Source: Acidobacteriia bacterium AH_259_A11_L15 (lineage in GTDB: Bacteria > Acidobacteriota > Terriglobia > Acidiferrales > 2-02-FULL-67-57). Taken from it: DNA of 64,000 nucleotides. Both the position numbers and the translations under genes were made by a program. Each line of letters starts with the position of its first letter. Positions within the stretch are counted from its first letter, which is position 1. This document shows positions 20,723 to 29,236 of the stretch, in pieces. The notes below the pieces were generated by a model, which was given only the letters and a program-made list of their open reading frames with translations, made no database searches and had not been told where the DNA came from. The stretch covers positions 3,474 to 67,473 of the forward strand of contig JALLOH010000002.1 of the NCBI GenBank assembly GCA_027717655.1, given 5' to 3'.

Positions 20723-21061
20723 TCAACCACGGAAAATACTCACGATGCTGAGTCCGATCAAGACGACCCCTGCCAGATCGAGGACAACGCCTACTAGATC
20801 GGCCTTGCGAACTGTAGCACTCATAAGGGCGGGGCCGCCGGTGTAAACATTGGGCGGCTTGATCCACGATACCTCCTTATGATTCTTCCACTCCCCCAGG
20901 CCAACAAGGAACACACCACCCGACAGGAGTTGCAGCTGATCGTTCGTCAATCCCTTGGCCTCCGCAAAAAACGATATGACCAATACTACGCCACCAAGGT
21001 ACATGACGGCCTTATACCAAGTGTCAATTGCAAAGCTCTTTAGGAAGTCCCCAACGTCCAT
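20723..21061 (-). CDS. Cassette-borne three-helix membrane protein, unknown function
   Basis: Lies between two attC sites; lower GC; hydrophobic segments. Confidence 0.8.
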   Translation of the reverse strand: MDVGDFLKSFAIDTWYKAVMYLGGVVLVISFFAEAKGLTNDQLQLLSGGVFLVGLGEWKNHKEVSWIKPPNVYTGGPALMSATVRKADLVGVVLDLAGVVLIGLSIVSIFRG

Positions 21062-21080
21062 CGACCCATCTCCGAAAGCT

Positions 21081-21139
21081 GCCTAACGTTGCCTGCACCG
21101 GTCGGCCGTTTTTGGGCGGTCCGGTGCAAGGCGTTGGTC
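21081..21139 (-). mobile_element. Integron attC site (59 bp)
   Basis: Minus strand GACCAAC-GCCTTGCACCGGACCGCCC...GGCCGACCGGTGCAGGCAAC-GTTAGGC. Confidence 0.8.
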
Positions 21140-21163
21140 CGTGGGCTCGGCGCTCACGCTTGG

Positions 21164-21916
21164 CTATCGCGTACGCACGAGTGCCTTTTCAATTCGTTTC
21201 GCGATGCGTCGAGAAGCAGCCCGCTGCAGGTCGAGCCGGTATAGGGCGAAGTAATTATTAGCATGTTGAGCTGCTTCAGCCGACCTTTCGAGCTTGATGA
21301 GACACATCGTAAGCCGGTCAAGCGCTTCGATCTCGCCATTTCTTCCAAGTTCGTCAGCCTCCTCACCGAGTAGCTGGCCGACTAGCCCCTTTTCGTAGTT
21401 GATGAATGCGTATCCCGGAATTGCTTCAATGGCCTGGACATACATCTTTACCGCCTGCACCAGGTTGCGCTTTTCGATGGCCTTAGCTTGCTGGATCAGA
21501 GCGCGATTTGCATTCTGTAGCCTGTGGTAGTGCTCGAGCGCCTGAAAGTCGGTCGCCCGGCCCATGTTGACCCAGTTTACGAGGTCGTCCGAGCATTGAG
21601 CGATCCACGCTGCCTCAACCTCCTCCGCTTTCCCTGTCGATAGGTTGTCTTGGAGGATACGGACCTGATACTTGCCCCCCAGATGTTTCTCGACGAACCG
21701 ACGCCAAAGCGGGTGGCGATCCGCGGACCATGCCCGCCTTCTTTCTCCTTTCCCGACGTAGAAGATCTTCCCGGCGCTATCCATATGCGCATACACATAA
21801 CTCCTGCGCGGATTCTCCTGATTCGCATGCGCGGCGGGCTTGAGGGGCTTCGGGCCGTCGCCACCGTGCAGGGATAGTTCGACCCCTAGATTTGTCCCCC
21901 TAGCCGTGAACTTCAT
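21164..21916 (-). CDS. GIY-YIG nuclease-domain protein with helical C-terminus
   Basis: SYVYAH...IFYVGKG..RRAW, EEVEAAWI, LVN. Confidence 0.8.
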   Translation of the reverse strand: MKFTARGTNLGVELSLHGGDGPKPLKPAAHANQENPRRSYVYAHMDSAGKIFYVGKGERRRAWSADRHPLWRRFVEKHLGGKYQVRILQDNLSTGKAEEVEAAWIAQCSDDLVNWVNMGRATDFQALEHYHRLQNANRALIQQAKAIEKRNLVQAVKMYVQAIEAIPGYAFINYEKGLVGQLLGEEADELGRNGEIEALDRLTMCLIKLERSAEAAQHANNYFALYRLDLQRAASRRIAKRIEKALVRTR

Positions 21917-22269
21917 CTCTTATCTTCTGGTCTTGCATTTTGATCGAGTCGGTCGACAATCTTCTCAGCGAGCAAGTCAACGCCGACCTTGTTGACCCGG
22001 ACTGTGACCGTGCGCGTTGATGAGCGGAGAACGATCTGGACCGAAGAGAAGGCATTGCTGTCGTGATTAACCGTCGCCGATTCGAATGTGAGCTCCGTCA
22101 GTTCGCCTGTGGACCGGAAGTAGCTCTGATTTTTTCGGGCGCGATCGCTGCAGTGATAGTTGGGTTGCCAGTCGCCGCTGAGGATTTGTGCAGCAGCGGC
22201 GGCCGAGGCACCGAATTTGTCAAGGAACTCTTCCTCTTTGCTGTAAAGCCTCTTGAAGTACTCAGTCAT
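21913..22269 (-). CDS. Hypothetical protein, first ORF of the cassette array
   Basis: Starts 20 nt after GTTAGGC; ATGA overlap with the GIY-YIG gene. Confidence 0.7.
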   Translation of the reverse strand: MTEYFKRLYSKEEEFLDKFGASAAAAAQILSGDWQPNYHCSDRARKNQSYFRSTGELTELTFESATVNHDSNAFSSVQIVLRSSTRTVTVRVNKVGVDLLAEKIVDRLDQNARPEDKR

Positions 22270-22288
22270 GTGATCGGGTCTCGACGCC

Positions 22289-22307
22289 GCCTAACTGCTG
22301 TTTAGGC
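22289..22307 (-). mobile_element. attI-like simple site
   Basis: GCCTAAA-CAGCA-GTTAGGC has the 7-5-7 layout of the attI1 core CCCTAAA-ACAAA-GTTRRRY. Confidence 0.65.
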
Positions 22308-22370
22308 TGACCTGGATAAAAGGGCTTCGTGTTGGCCGAAGACGAAACCGCCAACGCCTGGATTTCGGCT

Positions 22371-22517
22371 CCCCCAGGCAGGTGCCCTTCGACTAGGCTC
22401 CCTTCGGCTGCGCTCCCCTCGGCCATGCTCGGGGTCTTCGACAGGGCAGGCAGGACAAGCCTGGGGGCTCGGCGCATGGAAGTTATCTCGCCGAGCCTGG
22501 TGGCACCTGCCACCAGG
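22371..22517. repeat. Pair of RAYT-family palindromes, one interrupted by three nested hairpin elements
   Basis: Removing 22385-22459 restores cccccaggca-gg-tgcctggggg-ctcggcgc; intact copy at 22489-22517. Confidence 0.85.
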
Positions 22518-22520
22518 CGG

Positions 22521-22556
22521 CTCAACCGGCAAGTTCTCGTCAAGCAGAATGCGCAC
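22521..22556 (-). pseudogene. Truncated DUF5615 (PIN-like) toxin
   Basis: MRILLDENLP N-terminus overlapping the DUF433 gene end; similarity stops at the palindrome. Confidence 0.75.
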
Positions 22557-22761
22557 GGCTGAGAACGGAGTCGCGCGCCATTTCCAGAGCGGCTAAAGCC
22601 TGTTGGCGGTTGACCGAGGGAAACTGGCGGAGAAATTCGTCCAACGTCTCTCCCCCTTCGAGATAGTCGAAGAGTGACTGGACCGGAACGCGGGTGCCGA
22701 CAAAGACGGGTGTGCCCCCCAGAACCTGAGGATCGCTGTGAACAACGCCCTTGGGAATCAT
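22540..22761 (-). CDS. DUF433 family antitoxin
   Basis: SDPQVLGGTPVFVGTRVPV...YLEGGETLDEFL.QFPSV. Confidence 0.93.
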   Translation of the reverse strand: MIPKGVVHSDPQVLGGTPVFVGTRVPVQSLFDYLEGGETLDEFLRQFPSVNRQQALAALEMARDSVLSRAHSA

Positions 22762-22865
22762 AGCGTCTGCTCCCGCCCTCTCCCAGAACTATACACCCAA
22801 GCCCGGGTGTGTTCCCAAGACTTCTTCCATGACAACGCGGAATCAGAAGGGCCCGCATCGCGGGC

Positions 22866-22892
22866 CAGACAGGCAGGAATGCCTGTCCTACT
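22866..22892. repeat. GTAG/GTGG-tagged repeat ACAGGCAGGAATGCCTGTCCTAC
   Basis: Related copies at 51240-51264 and 55660-55705 (tandem). Confidence 0.7.
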
Positions 22893-22947
22893 AACTAATT
22901 TCCCGCTGGCGGGCGCGTGATAGACCCGGGGGTCGGGTGGCTTGGTC

Positions 22948-22976
22948 TTGACAAGGAAGTTTACTTCGCCTAATAT
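22948..22976 (+). promoter_or_regulatory. Near-consensus sigma70 promoter
   Basis: TTGACA-17 nt-TAATAT. Confidence 0.6.
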
Positions 22977-23018
22977 TCGCCCAGGGAAGGCAGGCTGAGC
23001 GACAAAGAAATTAGAGGC

Positions 23019-23164
23019 TGTTGCATCACCTCATGCCAGACCCCCCTCAGGGGCTAAAGCCCCTTGATTTTCTGGCGCTTTATGTCAGGCCTTCCCGCCA
23101 AAGACGCGGGATCTCCGCTTCGCTCCGAGAAGGCCTGACCCGCCTTGCGGAGGTTATGCAATAG
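23019..23164. repeat. Composite palindromic repeat with TTGCATNACCTC/GAGGTTATGCAA ends and nested inserts
   Basis: Inverted ends enclose CAGGGGCTAAAGCCCC and an interrupted TCAGGCCT..AGGCCTGA palindrome. Confidence 0.65.
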
Positions 23165-23398
23165 AAACTAGTAATAAACTAGTTTCTTCGAATAAGTACC
23201 GTGCCTGCAATGAGTTAGGTCACGGGTTGGATGCATACCCCCCCTCCCCCCTAGGCTCGGCGGGGAAGATAAAATAAGATATTTATTTTCTGTAGGTTAG
23301 CAAAGAACATGGAAATTATGGGTTGCTTATGCTAAGAATTGATTGGGCCCGCGCGGGGACAGTTCGGAGCATCCCTCTCGAGGACGATTTTCCAGGTG

Positions 23399-24676
23399 AT
23401 GACAGGGGAAGCCAATAGCATGCGCCGGGAGAGGTTGTCGAACGGGCTCACGGTGATCACCGAGCGGATGCCGCACGTGCGCTCGGTGGCCGTAGGCATT
23501 TGGGTGAAGAGCGGCTCGCGCATCGAGCCGCCCGGGCTGACCGGCATCTCCCACTTCATCGAGCACATGGTCTTCAAGGGCACCGAGCGGCGCACCGCGG
23601 AGCAGATCGCCCGCGAGGCCGACTCGGTGGGGGGGCAACTGGACGCCTTCACCGCCAAGGAGATGGTCTGCTTCAACGCCCGGGTGATCGACGAACACCT
23701 TCCCCGCATCTTCGACGTGCTCTCGGACCTGGTGCTGGCGCCCGTCTTCCGCACGCCCGACATCGAAAAAGAGCGCGCCGTCGTCCTGGAAGAAATCAAC
23801 ATGGAGGAGGACAACGCCGACTACCTGGTGCACGAAATCTTCTCGGAAAACTTCTGGTACGACCACCCCATCGGGCGGCCCATCCTGGGGACGAAGCAGA
23901 CCCTGGCCGGGTTCCACCGCGAGTTGCTGTTCGACTTCTTCCGCCGCTGGTACGTCCCCAACCAGATGCTCATCACCGCCGCCGGGCAGCTCGAACACGA
24001 GCGTTTCATCACCCTGCTGAGCGACCGTTTTCGAGGCTTGCCCGCGCACCAGGAGGGGATCCTCGACCCCGTACCCCAACCCCATGCCCGCATCAGCACT
24101 CGCAGCAAGCGCGACCTGGAGCAGATGCACCTCTGCGTCGGCGTGCCCTGCCATCCGCTGCCCCACCAGAAGCGCTACGCGGTCGTCCTGCTGAACAACA
24201 TCCTGGGCGGGGGAATGTCCTCGCGGCTCTTCCAGACCGTCCGCGAGCGCGAAGGCCTGGCCTACGCCGTCTTTTCCGACGTCAACGCCTACCGGGACAC
24301 CGGCTGCCTGTCAGTCTACGCCGGCACCGCCCGCGAGACCCTGCACCAAGCCCTCCGGCTCATCCTGGCCCAGTTCACGCGCCTGAAGCAGGAGCCGGTT
24401 CCCGCCGATGAGCTGCGCGCCGCCAAGGAGAACCTGAAAGGCAGCCTGATGCTCTCGCTGGAATCCACCGCAGCGCGGATGTCGCGGCTGGCTCGAGAGG
24501 AGATTTATTTTGGGCGGTCGTTTTCGCTGGATGAAATCCTGGCCGCCATCGAGGGCGTCACCCCGGAAGACCTGCTGGCGATAGCCCGGGAGTTCTTCCA
24601 GCCCCACTTGATGGGCGCCACGCTCCTGGGACCGCTGGACGGCTTTCAGCTCAGCCGCGACGACTTGGCCTGCTAG
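23399..24676 (+). CDS. M16 (pitrilysin) family zinc peptidase
   Basis: SHFIEHMVFKGT (HxxEH), LGGGMSSRLFQ.VRE..GLAY. Confidence 0.95.
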   Translation: MTGEANSMRRERLSNGLTVITERMPHVRSVAVGIWVKSGSRIEPPGLTGISHFIEHMVFKGTERRTAEQIAREADSVGGQLDAFTAKEMVCFNARVIDEHLPRIFDVLSDLVLAPVFRTPDIEKERAVVLEEINMEEDNADYLVHEIFSENFWYDHPIGRPILGTKQTLAGFHRELLFDFFRRWYVPNQMLITAAGQLEHERFITLLSDRFRGLPAHQEGILDPVPQPHARISTRSKRDLEQMHLCVGVPCHPLPHQKRYAVVLLNNILGGGMSSRLFQTVREREGLAYAVFSDVNAYRDTGCLSVYAGTARETLHQALRLILAQFTRLKQEPVPADELRAAKENLKGSLMLSLESTAARMSRLAREEIYFGRSFSLDEILAAIEGVTPEDLLAIAREFFQPHLMGATLLGPLDGFQLSRDDLAC

Positions 24677-24678
24677 GA

Positions 24679-25020
24679 ATGAACCTGAATCGCAACCTGA
24701 GCTTCGCTGAGTTCTGGCCATACTACCTGGCCCAGCACAGCCGCCCGGCCACCCGTTGGGTGCACTTGGCCGCCACGCTGGCCTGGCTGGCGCTGCTGGC
24801 GGCCGCCCTGGGCACCCGCACCTGGTGGCTGCTGGCGGCCATCCCCGTGGTCGCCTATGGCCTGGCGTGGTTTTCCCACTTCTTCCTCGAGCGCAACCGC
24901 CCCGCCACCTTCCGCTACCCGCTCCTCTCCTTGCTGGCCGACCACAAGATGGCCTTCCTGATGCTGACCGGAGGTATGGCGCGGGAGTTGGAGCAACTGC
25001 AGATTCAACCCCGCCGCTAA
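24679..25020 (+). CDS. DUF962 / Mpo1-like membrane protein
   Basis: FWPYYLAQHS...H, YGLAWFSHFFLERNRPATFRYP. Confidence 0.9.
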   Translation: MNLNRNLSFAEFWPYYLAQHSRPATRWVHLAATLAWLALLAAALGTRTWWLLAAIPVVAYGLAWFSHFFLERNRPATFRYPLLSLLADHKMAFLMLTGGMARELEQLQIQPRR

Positions 25021-25237
25021 CACGTTGCCGCCACGAAGCTGTCATCCTGAGCGAAGCGAAGGATCTCAGTTGAGATTCTTCGCTCCGCCCTTCGGGCTTC
25101 GCTCAGAATGACAATTCTTGAAAGAAGAGCAGATGGACAGAGGGTGCAACGCCGACAAGCCATTCCTCTGCGCTGAAAAGCGGATTCCTCTCCCGCAGGG
25201 CGGGATCGGAATGACAAAAAAGAACTACGCTGCCGGG

Positions 25238-25642
25238 CTAGAGCTTAGCCGCGTGGCCGCCGGAGGAGAGCAGCACCCCCACGGCGTTGAGCAGCTGGTC
25301 GGGATTGAAGGGCTTGGTGACGTAGAGGATGCTGCCCAACTCATGGGCCTGCCGGTAGGAGTCAATGTCCTTCTGGGCGGTGAAGAACCCGATGGGAATC
25401 TCGGCCGTGCTCCCGGTGGCCTTCAGCTTCGAGCAAACCTCAAAGCCGTTCATCTTGGGCATGCGGATGTCCAGCAGAATGGCGTCCGGCTTTTCCATCA
25501 CCGCTTTTTGAAAGGCCTCTTCCCCGTCCGCGGCCTTGATCACCGTCAACCCGTGACGGCTCAACAGCATCTCCACTAGGCGAAGAATCGAGGGGTCGTC
25601 GTCGGCTACCAGGATCTTTTTCGCGGCGGCGGCTTGCCCCAT
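25238..25642 (-). CDS. Single-domain response regulator
   Basis: ILVADDD, LLDIRMPKMNG, YVTKPF. Confidence 0.93.
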   Translation of the reverse strand: MGQAAAAKKILVADDDPSILRLVEMLLSRHGLTVIKAADGEEAFQKAVMEKPDAILLDIRMPKMNGFEVCSKLKATGSTAEIPIGFFTAQKDIDSYRQAHELGSILYVTKPFNPDQLLNAVGVLLSSGGHAAKL

Positions 25643-25817
25643 CGCGGCTCCTTGTTCGCCTCTGCCGGCGGCCCGAGACGACCCCGGCGGCGTACCGTCC
25701 CTGCTGGCAGGCAATTGTTGAAAGGCAATGCGGGGATCGTTGCCGGCGATTTCAGCCCAGGCATCCTACGCCGCCCGCCCCCCGCGGTCAAGGGTACGGA
25801 CCAAAGAAGGGGGACCT

Positions 25818-28436
25818 CTAGCGGGCCCGGGCGACCACCAGAGTCACGTCATCTTCCTGCTCGCGGCCGCTGAACTCCTGCACAGTGCTGACCAGAGTGT
25901 GGAGCAAAGAATCCACGGGCAAGTGGCCGTGGGCGCGCAGGGCCTTGACGAATCGGGCGTCGCCGAACTCCTCCCCTTCGTCGCTCATCGCCTCCGTGAC
26001 CCCATCGGAAAAGATCACCAGCGTGTCGCCCGGAGCCAGCGACACTTCAGCGACGGAACACTCCCACTTCTCGAACATCCCCAGGACCGTAGCGGTGGCT
26101 GTCAGTCGTTCTACCGTTCCGTCGCCGCGCAGGAGCAGCGGCGGGTTGTGCCCGCAATTGGCGTAGCGTAGGCGGCGCGTGGCGTCGTCGTAGCTCCCGA
26201 AGAAAAGGGTGGCGTAGTGACCGGCTCCGGTGGACTCACATAACAGGCGGTTCACCGATGCGAGCAGCCGCGGCAGGTCGTCCGGAGCCACCGCGGACTG
26301 GCCGCGCAGATGGGCCTGCAAGTTGGCCATCAACAAGGCGGCGGAGATGCCTTTCCCCACAATGTCGGCCAGCACCAGCCCCACCTGGCCGCGCCCCAGG
26401 TCGAGAAAGTCGTAGTAGTCGCCACCCACCGCGCGGGTCTGGATGCAGTCGCCGACGTATTCCAGCGTCTCCAGCAACGGCGTGTGCCGGGGAAAGAGAT
26501 TGGCCTGCACCTCTTTGGCGATTTCCATCTCGCGGGCCGCGCGCCGTTCGGCCTCCAGCCGCTCGGCCATCTGCTCGGCTAGGCCGATGCTCTCGAGCGC
26601 GGTGCCAGCCTGGCTGGCAACGGAAGCCAGCAAGCGCTTGTCCTCACCCGCGTAGGGTTCTTCGGAGCGTCGCCGGCCCAGGACCAAGAGGCCTGTCAGC
26701 CGGGCGTCGCGCCCCAGGATCGGCACCAAGCACTCGGGCTCGAGCGGGCCTAGTAGCGAAAGTGCTTCGGCACCGCCGGCCTCCGGCGGTGGCACGTCCC
26801 AGGGTTGGCCGCGCGCTACCTCGGCCAGCACCGGCAGCGAGGTGGGAATGGTTTCCAGTCCAGGCGGCACCGCGCCGCCCTCAGCGGCGAGGCGGTCGTC
26901 GCTGCTCTCAAGATAAATAGTCAGGGTGGTTGGACGGAGAGCTTCAGTGATGTGGTGTTCCAGTAACGCGGCCAGCTGCTGCCGGTTGGTCGCCGTGCGG
27001 GTTTTCTCCGCCAGCTCTTCGAAAATCTGGCGGGCGTCGTAGGCGCTGCGGAAGAAGGCCCGGTCAATGCGTTCGCTGACCCGCCTTTGGACTTGTGCGC
27101 CGGCCCAGGCCAACAGCAAGCCGAAGGCCACCCCCGTACCCACGCCGGCGGGCACGACGAATTCCACCCGCGGCTGGACAAAACGCGCGAAGAGACCCAT
27201 GAAGAGAAGGGTCGCGGCCACGCTCGAGACAACTGTAAGAAGCGCAAAGCCGCGCTGCACCAGCAGGTAGCGGGCGCTCCTCTTCAGAAGCAGCGAGACT
27301 CCCAGTACGCGATGCTTCACCACCGCGTAGGCAAACGACAGCGGCAACAAGAAGAGGGCCAAGACGCAGGGGGCCCACACCCAAAAAGGAAATTCGTAAG
27401 GATTTTTCTTGGCGTAGGCTGCCGCCGCCTGTAGCAGCAAGGCCGGCGTGAAGCCGACTACAGTGCCCCAGACAATGACTCGGATCTTCCTCCGTGCCTC
27501 GGCGGTGGGGGCGCGGAGCCCGTTCCACACTAGCGACACCAGGCCCAGCACAAATGCGCCAAAGAAATAGGGTGACACGCACAAAAACGTTACTGTCTGA
27601 CCCAGCCGATCAGCAAACCCCAGTAGCGGCTGGGAACTGCCCGCCAGCAGCCCCCACAGCCCCAAGGGCACCACCACGGCGGCTGCGGCCACGAGCAAAA
27701 CCGACTTCAACCAGGGCAGGCGGCGATCTACCGGAGAGGCAACGGGAAAAACAGCAAAGAAGTAGTAGAAGAACGCCGCGTATAATCCCATGAACGTCAC
27801 CTTGTAAGCCAGCGCGAACCCGCGCAAGGCGGGATGGATGGCTCTTTCCATCTGCAGTAGCGGCGCGCCCGCAATGAAGCTGGCAAACAGCAGCGCCAGC
27901 AGCCAAGCGTTGCGGTCTTCCAGCCGCAGGAACAACACCCCTAAGCCCACCACCAGGAACAAGACGGGGTAGGAACGAAGAAGCTCGACGGCCACGGTCT
28001 GCGCCGGCGTCAGCTCCTCCTCCTCCTGTGCCGGCCGGGGTTGCAATACCGTCTGCAGGACTATCGGCGCTGCCGCCCCCGGTCGCTCTACAGTCAACTC
28101 AACCACATCCCCGGGCTGGCCTTGATACACCGCATCAGAGTAGGGATTGGGGGTGTCGAGCCGGCGACCGTTGATGGCCACAATCCTGTCCTCAGGCCGC
28201 AACCCCGCGCGCTCAGCCGCGCTGCCTTCCGGGACGCGGGTGACGCGCATCGAGCGCGTAAGCATCGAGAATGGGGCCTCGGTGCTGATGCCGATTTGGG
28301 CCTTGGACTCCCAACGAATGTAGTACATCCAGATAGCGCTGTAGAGGATGGTGGCGACGGCGAAGAGCGTCGCCAGCCCCAGCAACAACGGTCGCGGCAG
28401 TGAGGTGAAGCCTCGCATCGCGGTCGTAGGGCCCAT
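25818..28436 (-). CDS. Membrane SpoIIE/PP2C phosphatase with PDZ and GAF-like domains
   Basis: AERAGLRPEDRIVAING (PDZ), transmembrane helices, VGGDYYD, ADIVGKG, GHNPP, FSDGVTE, EDDVT. Confidence 0.93.
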   Translation of the reverse strand: MGPTTAMRGFTSLPRPLLLGLATLFAVATILYSAIWMYYIRWESKAQIGISTEAPFSMLTRSMRVTRVPEGSAAERAGLRPEDRIVAINGRRLDTPNPYSDAVYQGQPGDVVELTVERPGAAAPIVLQTVLQPRPAQEEEELTPAQTVAVELLRSYPVLFLVVGLGVLFLRLEDRNAWLLALLFASFIAGAPLLQMERAIHPALRGFALAYKVTFMGLYAAFFYYFFAVFPVASPVDRRLPWLKSVLLVAAAAVVVPLGLWGLLAGSSQPLLGFADRLGQTVTFLCVSPYFFGAFVLGLVSLVWNGLRAPTAEARRKIRVIVWGTVVGFTPALLLQAAAAYAKKNPYEFPFWVWAPCVLALFLLPLSFAYAVVKHRVLGVSLLLKRSARYLLVQRGFALLTVVSSVAATLLFMGLFARFVQPRVEFVVPAGVGTGVAFGLLLAWAGAQVQRRVSERIDRAFFRSAYDARQIFEELAEKTRTATNRQQLAALLEHHITEALRPTTLTIYLESSDDRLAAEGGAVPPGLETIPTSLPVLAEVARGQPWDVPPPEAGGAEALSLLGPLEPECLVPILGRDARLTGLLVLGRRRSEEPYAGEDKRLLASVASQAGTALESIGLAEQMAERLEAERRAAREMEIAKEVQANLFPRHTPLLETLEYVGDCIQTRAVGGDYYDFLDLGRGQVGLVLADIVGKGISAALLMANLQAHLRGQSAVAPDDLPRLLASVNRLLCESTGAGHYATLFFGSYDDATRRLRYANCGHNPPLLLRGDGTVERLTATATVLGMFEKWECSVAEVSLAPGDTLVIFSDGVTEAMSDEGEEFGDARFVKALRAHGHLPVDSLLHTLVSTVQEFSGREQEDDVTLVVARAR

Positions 28437-28457
28437 TATACGCGCCCTGATGGGCGC

Positions 28458-28991
28458 CTACTCTCCCAGGTCGGGTTCAACTTGCAGGGCGTCGTTGAAG
28501 CGGTTGGTGAGGTTGGCCACGGCGACCACTAGAGTCAATTCGACGATTTGGTCCTCGCTGTAGTGCTTTTTCAACTCTTCGAGCGAACCTTCGCGGAGGG
28601 CGGCCGCCCCGCGGGTCATGCGCTCGGCAAAGAGCAGGGTGGCTTTCTCCTTGGCGTCGAACTGCTCGCTACGGCGGTAGAAATCAATCGCCCGGAGTTG
28701 ATCCTCGGTCAGGCCGGCCCGCTTCGCCGAAGCGGTGTGGGCGCGAGTTCAATACTCGCAGCCGTTCAGCCGGGCGGTCTTCAGGTAGGCCAGCTCCTTG
28801 TACTTTTGTTCGATGGTGCCGTCGGCCATCACCGCAGCGTAGAAGGGCAGGAAGTTCTTGAGCGCGCTGGGCCGGTGGGCCATCACCGCGAAGATGTTGG
28901 GCATGCGGCCGAACTTTTGGCTCAACTGGTCATAGATGGCCTGCAGCTCCGAGGCTGCTTGGTCCTTGGGAATTGGCTTGACGACCGGCAT
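28458..28991 (-). CDS. AhpD/carboxymuconolactone decarboxylase-like selenoprotein (CxxU), 177 aa
   Basis: LNGCEY-TGA(28749-28751)-TRAH continues in frame to ...ANLTNRFNDALQVEPDLGE-TAG; AAGGAGG RBS; SECIS-like hairpin. Confidence 0.88.
28719..28735 (-). promoter_or_regulatory. Putative bacterial SECIS element
   Basis: CCGCTTC-GGC-GAAGCGG; loop starts 21 nt after UGA. Confidence 0.65.
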
Positions 28992-29236
28992 AAACATTCC
29001 CTCCTTTGCCAGTAACGTGGGGAAATCCCAGTCTAGCGGGTCTGCTGGGCCGGCGCAACCCCGCCCGTTCCGAAGTGACAGCAAGTTTGTTCTTGCCCGC
29101 GCGGCAATCAACCCGGAGTTTGAGCGGAATTCCAAGAACGGGCGGGGTTGACGCGCCCGCGGTTTCCTGTTACATCTCTTCAAACCGAAGCCCGACTGCG
29201 GGCGCGCCCGAATTCGGGCGCAGAAGGGGCAGGGCC

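Noticed and set aside
22262..22858. 198-aa minus-strand ORF
   Set aside because: Out-of-frame overlap with DUF433 plus translation of nested repeats (SMAEG-SAAEG-SLVEG)
28548..29015. 155-aa plus-strand ORF
   Set aside because: Antisense to the AhpD-like selenoprotein gene
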